Shown here in pieces: positions 19,421 to 26,556 of a stretch of 64,000 nt of DNA. Numbering within the stretch: the stretch's first letter is position 1; every line of letters starts with the position of its first letter. This stretch comes from a virus. The DNA is taken from the IMG/VR virus record IMGVR_UViG_3300025870_000008, positions 1 through 64,000 of that record, one strand, 5' to 3'. The notes beneath the pieces were generated by a model. That model saw only the letters and a program-made list of their open reading frames with translations. It did not search any database and was not told the DNA's origin. Made by a program: the position numbers and the translations under genes.

Positions 19421-19589
19421 CACAAGATAAAAAAACTAAAGATTTTTCTTGCTTTATTATACAGAACATGGCATATTAAAGTATGAAAAGAAAAAAACTA
19501 AAAATTATTAAAATTAAACACGCTAAATCGTATAACAAATTTATGATTGTTAAAATGCCTAAATTCTCACTTCTTAAATCTGCTTAATT

Positions 19590-19814
19590 ATGAATTGCAA
19601 AAGAGTACCATACCCAGAACTAGACTGCTCCCTTAAAATGAGTAAAGTGGAGGGGCTGCTTCAATTCCTTAAAGGTCAGACTATGATGGGTTGGAGAGGA
19701 AGCGAGACAGAAAAAGAAGCAATTTGCGAAGCTCTTGACAACTTACGAGAAGCTCAAGATGAATATCAAAAAGTCTTGACATTACTTAGAAAAACCAACA
19801 AAATAGAATTATGA
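19590..19814 (+). CDS. hypothetical protein
   Basis: 74-aa ORF, ATGA overlap with next. Confidence 0.6.
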   Translation: MNCKRVPYPELDCSLKMSKVEGLLQFLKGQTMMGWRGSETEKEAICEALDNLREAQDEYQKVLTLLRKTNKIEL

Positions 19815-20041
19815 CGGATACAACATATAATGGATGGAAAAACTGGGCAACCTGGAACGTAGCGCTATGGCTAGGTAATGATGAGGGTCTTTATAAGATA
19901 GCTCGAAGATGTGTGAGGTATGCTGACCTCGTGGATAGGTTAGAAGAAGCTGAAGCATTCAGGACTCCTGACGGGGCGAGCTACAATGACCCCGACCTTG
20001 ATACCTACGCACTTGATGAGTTGTTAATGGACGAATTCTGA
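19811..20041 (+). CDS. conserved hypothetical phage protein
   Basis: YNGWKNWATWNVALWLGNDEGLY...TPDG motif of a common uncharacterised phage family. Confidence 0.8.
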   Translation: MTDTTYNGWKNWATWNVALWLGNDEGLYKIARRCVRYADLVDRLEEAEAFRTPDGASYNDPDLDTYALDELLMDEF

Positions 20042-20046
20042 TAACC

Positions 20047-20118
20047 TAACCCGCTGACTATCAAGCACTTACGAAGCGGGCTGCCGAGCCCTCTAAGTGC
20101 TTGATTATTAGTGACTTA
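20047..20118. repeat. double-palindrome module copy 9 (convergent junction)
   Basis: TAACCCGCTGACTATCAAGCACTTA-22bp-TAAGTGCTTGATTATTAGTGACTTA. Confidence 0.95.
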
Positions 20119-20126
20119 GGAGGTTG

Positions 20127-20279
20127 TTATTTATTTTTGAATTCGTTAATGATTTGGTTAAAAGTCCAAACGTTGTTTCCAACGTCCAAGAATAGTTCTG
20201 CGCCTTCGAGTGGTTCAAAGCCTAGGCGGTCAATGATGCCTAGCTCTTCCGTCATGAATTTTTCGAGTTCTTCTGTCAT
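20127..20279 (-). CDS. hypothetical protein (50 aa, not in track)
   Basis: MTEELEKFMTEELGIIDRLGFEPLEG...; AGGAG RBS. Confidence 0.6.
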   Translation of the reverse strand: MTEELEKFMTEELGIIDRLGFEPLEGAELFLDVGNNVWTFNQIINEFKNK

Positions 20280-20310
20280 GTTTTTATTCTCCTAAATTAA
20301 AGGGTTTATG

Positions 20311-20655
20311 TCAAATTAAATCGTAATATTTTGGTGAACAATTTACTGAATGAGAAACTGAATCAATTCCCTCATCCATGTTTTTTTTCAAATATGCTTT
20401 GATTTTGTTTGCAATTTCGAGGTCAATTTTTTCAAGCTTTTTTCCGTCTTCGTCAAATATGTCCATATTTTCCAAAGTGTCGAAATATGCTATCAGGTGA
20501 GTCTCTGAGACTTGGTCGCCATAGAGCGAGTCGATTTCGTCTGTCCATGTCGTGCCTTCAATTTCACAAGTTAAATTTTCAATTTCCACATAGGCAGAAA
20601 AAGTTTCTTCGTTAATTTCGTCAAAGTTTAATTCTAGTTTTTTATTTTCTGTCAT
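20311..20655 (-). CDS. highly acidic protein
   Basis: TTGACT-17-GATAGT-5-ATG on minus strand. Confidence 0.75.
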   Translation of the reverse strand: MTENKKLELNFDEINEETFSAYVEIENLTCEIEGTTWTDEIDSLYGDQVSETHLIAYFDTLENMDIFDEDGKKLEKIDLEIANKIKAYLKKNMDEGIDSVSHSVNCSPKYYDLI

Positions 20656-20769
20656 ACCTTACTATCTTCTATTTTTTAACTAAAGTCAAACATATAGCCG
20701 ATTATTTTACATAAAGTTATTCACAATTATCTTGGCTAGAGTTGGCACGATTCCTGTACAAGGCTTTCA

Positions 20770-20840
20770 TAAGTCGTTGATTATCAAGCTGTTACGAGAG
20801 CCGCAGCGCGTTCCCTAAGTGCTTGACTATAAGGAACTTA
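20770..20840. repeat. double-palindrome module copy 10
   Basis: TAAGTCGTTGATTATCAAGCTGTTA-21bp-TAAGTGCTTGACTATAAGGAACTTA. Confidence 0.95.
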
Positions 20841-20845
20841 CAACG

Positions 20846-21016
20846 CTATCTTTGAGTCATAGCCTCTAGCTCTCGGATCTTAAAGTCAAGCTGAATTTGC
20901 ATGGCTTGCAAGCGATTGACTGATTCGGTTTTATTTAGACGTTTTGCTTTTATCCTTTGGATATTGATATCCATGATTTGCTTATTTAAGAATTTGATTT
21001 GTTCTACTATATTCAT
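20846..21016 (-). CDS. small coiled-coil protein (56 aa, not in track)
   Basis: MNIVEQIKFLNKQIMDINIQRIKAKRLNK...; ATGA overlap upstream. Confidence 0.55.
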   Translation of the reverse strand: MNIVEQIKFLNKQIMDINIQRIKAKRLNKTESVNRLQAMQIQLDFKIRELEAMTQR

Positions 21017-21129
21017 TTTCTTGACACGTCTTGGAAAAGGTCGATTTGATCGCTAGTCATATCTCTATACATAAGATAGAAAACAACTAACCAATTTGAG
21101 AACATAAGTATTTCAAGTATTGTATTCAT
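21013..21129 (-). CDS. small membrane peptide (38 aa, not in track)
   Basis: MNTILEILMFSNWLVVFYLMYRD... Confidence 0.45.
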   Translation of the reverse strand: MNTILEILMFSNWLVVFYLMYRDMTSDQIDLFQDVSRK

Positions 21130-21183
21130 GATTATAGATTAAGGAAGTAGTAAACAAAAGACAAGCATATTATTGTAAGCATA

Positions 21184-21351
21184 TTATTTTTCTTTTATTT
21201 GGTTTACGATTTGCAAGTGTGGATTCTCGCGTTTGATTGCCCTTGCTTTTTCTAAGGCTTTTGCTATATTCTTTTGATTGTCTACTAGCTCGCCCCAAAG
21301 ACGAATATCTAACCAATTTGAGAAGTTTACGTTTTTTGTGATTGTTATCAT
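21184..21351 (-). CDS. hypothetical protein (55 aa, not in track), paralog of 7820..8038
   Basis: MITITKNVNFSNWLDIRLWGELVDNQKNIAKALEKARAIKREN; GGAGG RBS. Confidence 0.65.
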   Translation of the reverse strand: MITITKNVNFSNWLDIRLWGELVDNQKNIAKALEKARAIKRENPHLQIVNQIKEK

Positions 21352-21361
21352 TATTGCCTCC

Positions 21362-21556
21362 TTATCTTGTGAAGTATTCTTTTACTTGTCCATTGTTAGC
21401 TTTAACCAAGTCAGAGAGGTAAACCTCTTCTGATTCGTTGTGATGCTTTACTAAAGCTAAGCGCATTCTGTTGCTCAGTTCAGTTACTCTTACGACTTTG
21501 CCTAATGACTTCGAGAAGTACAGGCTTCCGACTTTGTATCCTTTTTCAATCTTCAT
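21362..21556 (-). CDS. hypothetical protein, SH3-like size and pattern
   Basis: TTGACG-17-GATAGT-6-ATG. Confidence 0.7.
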   Translation of the reverse strand: MKIEKGYKVGSLYFSKSLGKVVRVTELSNRMRLALVKHHNESEEVYLSDLVKANNGQVKEYFTR

Positions 21557-21628
21557 ACTATTACTATCGTATATTTTAGCCTCTACGTCAAACTTTTTAA
21601 CGATTTATTTTAGCTGTTTTTGCTTTCT

Positions 21629-21699
21629 TAAGTCGTTGATTATTAGGCACTTATGACGCGGGCGGCGCGACCCCTAAGTGCTTGAATATCAGGTGTTTA
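21629..21699. repeat. double-palindrome module copy 11
   Basis: TAAGTCGTTGATTATTAGGCACTTA-21bp-TAAGTGCTTGAATATCAGGTGTTTA. Confidence 0.95.
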
Positions 21700-21921
21700 G
21701 GAATGCCGAGCTTCTAACTTATCAAGGAACTTTTCAAACCTTTTGTGCTTGACTTTTAGTTCGGCAAGTCTCTTTTCTGCTCTCCTTAGCTCGGGCATGG
21801 CAAGCATTTCGATTGCCATTTCATCTGCCTTTGGATTTGTCGAGTTCTTACGGGTGTTATCTATTACGGATTTGATTTGCTTGATCCGTGCTTCGGTGTG
21901 GATTATATCTAATTCTGTCAT
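21697..21921 (-). CDS. hypothetical coiled-coil protein
   Basis: TTGCAA-17-GATAGT-6-ATG; stop overlaps the end of module 11. Confidence 0.7.
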   Translation of the reverse strand: MTELDIIHTEARIKQIKSVIDNTRKNSTNPKADEMAIEMLAMPELRRAEKRLAELKVKHKRFEKFLDKLEARHS

Positions 21922-21959
21922 GCTATTACTATCGTTTATTTTTTAATTAATTGCAAACT

Positions 21960-22121
21960 TTATTTGATAAAGTTTACCCAAGATTCAACTCTTTGATTCC
22001 AAGTTAGTTGGGCTTTCGCTTCTGCATCCCATATATCTATTAGAGCGTCGAGTATCCAAACTTGACGCTTTTGCAAGCGCGCTTTTCTCATCACCTTTGT
22101 TATTCTTTCTAGTCTTGTCAT
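21960..22121 (-). CDS. hypothetical protein (53 aa, not in track)
   Basis: MTRLERITKVMRKARLQKRQVWILDALIDIW...; starts 1 nt after upstream stop. Confidence 0.55.
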   Translation of the reverse strand: MTRLERITKVMRKARLQKRQVWILDALIDIWDAEAKAQLTWNQRVESWVNFIK

Positions 22122-22122
22122 A

Positions 22123-22443
22123 TTAGCTAAGTGCTTTGATTAATTCGTTTTCGTTTGTGTTACTAACAAGCGAGCGGTTAAGTACATTGTACAGAAAGCT
22201 TTCGATTATGTTTTCCAATTCTTCAACATCATAAGTTAAGGAGATTTCCTTTTCGTCTTCATCTTCGATAGATTCGACCTCGATGGAATCGACAAGCACG
22301 TTGCCATCTTCTGTCTCTAAAGTAGCGTTTACACTCATGCCACCCTCAAAGTAGTTTTTACCTGTGTTAAAGTTTAGGTATACGTTTACAACGTTGTCGT
22401 CGATGCAGTCGATGGTGTCTAGTTCTAGTTCTTTAATGTTCAT
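22123..22443 (-). CDS. highly acidic protein
   Basis: TTGACT-17-GATAGT-6-ATG. Confidence 0.75.
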   Translation of the reverse strand: MNIKELELDTIDCIDDNVVNVYLNFNTGKNYFEGGMSVNATLETEDGNVLVDSIEVESIEDEDEKEISLTYDVEELENIIESFLYNVLNRSLVSNTNENELIKALS

Positions 22444-22668
22444 ACTATTACTATCGTCTATTTACAGGTTGAAGTCAAATTTATTTACGATTATTATTCA
22501 ACTAAGTTTTTGCACGATCCCGCCCCCATTTTTTGAATTTTTTTTACAGGGTATGGTTCATTTTTAGCGGGGGGGTGGTTTTTCTCAAAAAGTCAAGACG
22601 AATTTCTCTGTGCAATTACATATGTGAAAAAAAAACCGACAAACCTTTTTTTTACTGTACTCATATGT

Positions 22669-25632
22669 ATGTCCCTAATAGATTCACTGGAAGAATTCCG
22701 CGAGCAATATTTCCCGAAAATTTCGCCGCAAGCAGAATACAAGATTATTAAAAAAAACGACTCTCCTCAAAATAATGGTATATTTAATGATGCGAGATTG
22801 CTCTCTCTAAAGGAGTCTACCCGCACTCGCACGGGAAAAGAGAAAACTTCTTTGTTCGATAAATACAACCCAAATCCTGACCAAAGCATAAGTTTAGAAG
22901 ATTATGCGTTAGCGAAAGAATCGATGGGAGAGGAGCCGTTTGCGCAACTTTACAGACAGCACGTCTTAGAAATACTTAACCCTACTTCTTATGAGTCGCA
23001 AGCTAGTTTTAGATATAAGGCTACAGCTAGTGACGATACATCCTCATGTGATAGCATGAAACCACAGCAGGTTTCAAATGACACATGGGACTTCGTTAAG
23101 TCGATCTATGATGATATTTGCGACGATGGTGGTGGCTGTGACGAGGGAGTCGTAACAGATTGCGAAGGAACTTGCGGGGGCGGAAAAACCTTCGATTGTC
23201 TTGGTGTTTGCGGCGGAACCGCCGCAACTGATTCTGTAGGACAATGTTGTGAGCCTTCAGAAATGGGATGCGATGGCAAGTGCGCAGGTGAACTTGGGAT
23301 ATCTTTTCAGAGAACGGATGCGAAAGGTGCTAGCGAATGCTGTGAAACCACTAATGTAGAATGTGTAAAGTGTACCAGAGAATCTGGAGAATCCTATACG
23401 ATGTGTCCAGAACATGAATCACCTGGAGGTAATGACGGTGGTGGTAGCGGTGGTGGTAGTAGCAACAACGCTTCTACGAAGATATGCGAATCGATGTATT
23501 TGCCACCCTCTAACATTTTCGAAAAAGAAGGAAAAGCTGTAAAAATAAATTTTGAGTCTGTGCCAGAATTAAGCGGGGTATATATTCCTAAAAGCAATCT
23601 AGCAGACTCTTGGATTCTAAATAGTAACGGGATTAATATAGCCAAAATTGAAACTTTGAAAAGTTTCGAAGGAACTTGTTTGATTCATTGGGAACTTTCT
23701 TTTAAAACTCAAAACGGAGAATTGGTAGATGTCGACAGCTCAGAAGAGGAGTGGGACCGCAAAATTTCAGTTTTATCAAAAAAATTCAGTGTATCTTACC
23801 CTAATAAGATTTTACAAAAATTTGTTTCTACAGCGGAATCTTTAATAAAAACCAACCCATCAGAGGTAGAAATACGCGCGGCTGTCAACGAATTAAGAGA
23901 ATACTTTGATTTTTGGCCTGACAAAAAAAATATTTTAGATTTCACTACTTCAAATATAAGTGCACGTGATTCGCTTGCCAACGCTTTAGATTTTGTTACT
24001 AATACATTAAGTGGTGCATATGAAACCCAAGCATCAAAAATCCGAGCAGAGGTCATTGACTACGACTATAATGTGCCTAGTGATGATACAAGTTCAGAAT
24101 TTTGTGCAACTTCTTTATCTGGAGGGAAAACGGCTTTCCACTGGAAAGCTCCATTAAGAACCAACCAAACTGGATGGAGAATTGCCATCAAGATTGTTGA
24201 TGGCATTGTTGATATTAATCATGATGTAAGTGCAGACAGATGTGGTCACACAGTAACCAGAAATGATTCGTGGGAGCAAATTGAGCTCATGAGGCGTTAT
24301 AGTAATGGCAATACTGATACTGCAAAAACTTTACTGGTGAATCAAATGGATTCTTGCTTAGAGTCTACTATATGCCCTTCATCGGACACTAAGTTAATTC
24401 AGAAAAAACTATCTTTTCGATGGGGCTGTAATTCAGTTTTCAGTTCTGAAGTTGTTACGGTTGATTTCTCAATAGAAAAAGATGCTATAGAAAATTATAT
24501 AGATGTAAAAGTTTTAAGCTCATCAACTGAGTATTGCGACGGAGCAGATAATATTTATTTTGATAATGTAAAAATATTAGACGATAATTCAAATATTGAG
24601 GTTGACTATACTAGTCAAGTAGAAAAATATAAATATATTAAAAATGACGAACAATCTTCTACTTTTGAAGTATGGCTACGTATCAAGCATCCAACTATCA
24701 CAAATGGAGCATTTGAGGATTTCATAGTTATTCAGCCAGCTCCAACCCCAACCGAAACTCAAACTCAAACTCAAACTCAAACTAACTTTCAATCTTCCTC
24801 CTTAGGTAATTTTAAGTTTTACGCAATGAAAGAAGACTTGGGGTATTTAGAAACTTGTTCGGCTGGATATTTTGTTTTATCTCTGAAGAAGTATAATGAA
24901 AATAATTTCGTACAACAAGGAACAAATAAAGTTTTTTCCAGCGGCTCTTCGGGGTCAAATATGTACAATGTTCCATTTTTAACTCTTGGAGACGAAGGTT
25001 CAGAGATTGCAATTGACGCTGGAGACACTATTAAATTAAGGTATAGAGCTATGCCTCTGTCAGGCAGTCCTTACCTGGGTACAGGATGTTATTCTTTTTA
25101 TCAAAAACCCAATAAGATTTCTATTGAACATGGAAATGTTGAAGATACTGGTGCTACGTCCAATCCAGTTATTACTGGATGGTTAAAAAATGCTGAATTA
25201 GCTAATTCTAGCAGTGAGGCATTTACTGATTTTGAATATACATTCTCGGAATCCGACGGGGACAAATTGACCTGGTGTGCAGTAATGAAAAGTGCCCCAA
25301 TTACTGACTTTAAGGTTTCTGGAGGGGGCCTCGGGTCACCTTTCTATAATTTTATATTCCAGCATCCATATGGTAATGAAATTACCACATCTAGCTTACG
25401 GCTAGTCCCTGGGCTTACCTATACTTTCACTGCAGATGGAATAAGTGCATCTCACCCGTTCTCGATTGGGCCTAGCTATGGTAATACTTCTCTAGGGTGG
25501 GTCAGCGGCTCTGCTTTAACAGGTAGTTCGGGGACTATAACGGTTGATGTTCCTTCTGATTACAGTGGTGATCTTTATTATTTTTGCAAACATCACACTA
25601 GCATGATGTCTGAAATACAAATTTTAAATTAA
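22669..25632 (+). CDS. large Cys-rich putative virion protein with C-terminal cupredoxin-like domain
   Basis: likely ATG at 22669; DCxGxCGG repeats; PTPTETQTQT linker; HPF...LYYFCKHHTSM. Confidence 0.65.
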   Translation: MSLIDSLEEFREQYFPKISPQAEYKIIKKNDSPQNNGIFNDARLLSLKESTRTRTGKEKTSLFDKYNPNPDQSISLEDYALAKESMGEEPFAQLYRQHVLEILNPTSYESQASFRYKATASDDTSSCDSMKPQQVSNDTWDFVKSIYDDICDDGGGCDEGVVTDCEGTCGGGKTFDCLGVCGGTAATDSVGQCCEPSEMGCDGKCAGELGISFQRTDAKGASECCETTNVECVKCTRESGESYTMCPEHESPGGNDGGGSGGGSSNNASTKICESMYLPPSNIFEKEGKAVKINFESVPELSGVYIPKSNLADSWILNSNGINIAKIETLKSFEGTCLIHWELSFKTQNGELVDVDSSEEEWDRKISVLSKKFSVSYPNKILQKFVSTAESLIKTNPSEVEIRAAVNELREYFDFWPDKKNILDFTTSNISARDSLANALDFVTNTLSGAYETQASKIRAEVIDYDYNVPSDDTSSEFCATSLSGGKTAFHWKAPLRTNQTGWRIAIKIVDGIVDINHDVSADRCGHTVTRNDSWEQIELMRRYSNGNTDTAKTLLVNQMDSCLESTICPSSDTKLIQKKLSFRWGCNSVFSSEVVTVDFSIEKDAIENYIDVKVLSSSTEYCDGADNIYFDNVKILDDNSNIEVDYTSQVEKYKYIKNDEQSSTFEVWLRIKHPTITNGAFEDFIVIQPAPTPTETQTQTQTQTNFQSSSLGNFKFYAMKEDLGYLETCSAGYFVLSLKKYNENNFVQQGTNKVFSSGSSGSNMYNVPFLTLGDEGSEIAIDAGDTIKLRYRAMPLSGSPYLGTGCYSFYQKPNKISIEHGNVEDTGATSNPVITGWLKNAELANSSSEAFTDFEYTFSESDGDKLTWCAVMKSAPITDFKVSGGGLGSPFYNFIFQHPYGNEITTSSLRLVPGLTYTFTADGISASHPFSIGPSYGNTSLGWVSGSALTGSSGTITVDVPSDYSGDLYYFCKHHTSMMSEIQILN

Positions 25633-25686
25633 TAAAAATCATTTGTATTGAAAAATAGTGTAAATAGAATTATACTATAATTAAAT

Positions 25687-26415
25687 ATGCCAAGAAAGAA
25701 AAAACCTGAAATTGATAATGATCAGGATATAGATAGAATAGTTGGTTCAATCAGAAAAACAAAAATTAAAACACATAAATTTGAGTTTTCTGAAAAGCAA
25801 AGCGAGCTATTAAAAATTATTTTTGACAAAGATACAAAAGTAGTATTTATATCTGGCCCAGCGGGAACAAGTAAAACGTTTATGACGATTTATGCAGCGA
25901 TTCACTTGTTTAACATGAACAATGATTACTCCATCGGATACGTGAGATCAATCATTGAGAGTGCTGACAGAGGAATGGGAGCACTTCCTGGAACTGTAGA
26001 TGAAAAGTTTTGTCCATTCATGATGCCTTTAAACGATAAGCTGCATGAGCTCACAAGCTCTTCTGAAGCTAAAACGATGGTAGACAAAGGTATTGTATCC
26101 GCAATGCCAATAAACTACCTCAGGGGGGCTAGTTTTAAAGATCAGATAATTATCGCCGACGAATCTCAAAACTTCACATCGAAAGAACTCATAACTCTAT
26201 TAACAAGAATTGGAGAAAACACAAAAATGTTAATTTGCGGTGATCCAATGCAAAGTGATATCAATGGAAAAAGCGGTTACCAGCCCATTATGAATATTTT
26301 TGATGATGAGCATAGTAAAAAACTAGGTATACATAATTTTCATTTTGACCATAGAGATATTAAGCGTAGTGAAATATTAAAATTTATTGTTAAAAAGTTA
26401 GAAAAACTAAAATAA
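25687..26415 (+). CDS. phoH: PhoH-family ATPase
   Basis: GPAGTSKT Walker A, YLRGASF, IIADESQN, LTRIG, GDPMQSD. Confidence 0.92.
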   Translation: MPRKKKPEIDNDQDIDRIVGSIRKTKIKTHKFEFSEKQSELLKIIFDKDTKVVFISGPAGTSKTFMTIYAAIHLFNMNNDYSIGYVRSIIESADRGMGALPGTVDEKFCPFMMPLNDKLHELTSSSEAKTMVDKGIVSAMPINYLRGASFKDQIIIADESQNFTSKELITLLTRIGENTKMLICGDPMQSDINGKSGYQPIMNIFDDEHSKKLGIHNFHFDHRDIKRSEILKFIVKKLEKLK

Positions 26416-26556
26416 AGTTGTAATTTAATAATAAATTAACTTCTTTAAAAGGGTATTTTTATTGAAATAGAGGGTTTTAAGCTTCTGTGTGGACTATATT
26501 TTTTTACACAATGAAGGTTTATTTTTTGGTCTAAAAGTGTATAATTTAATACTGGC

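Noticed and set aside
10491-21699. Modules as CRISPR mini-arrays or TIGR-type guide arrays
   Set aside because: The repeats are degenerate, mutually inverted and dispersed rather than tandem. Spacers are short and compositionally constrained. No cas or tas gene is visible.
10491-21699. Modules as simple intrinsic terminators
   Set aside because: No U-tract directly follows a stem, copy 4 follows a separate canonical terminator, and copy 8 lies between divergent promoters.
10491-21699. Modules as canonical integron attC sites or MITEs
   Set aside because: They lack consistent RYYYAAC/GTTRRRY boxes and target-site duplications, and no integrase or transposase is present. Only the architecture is analogous.
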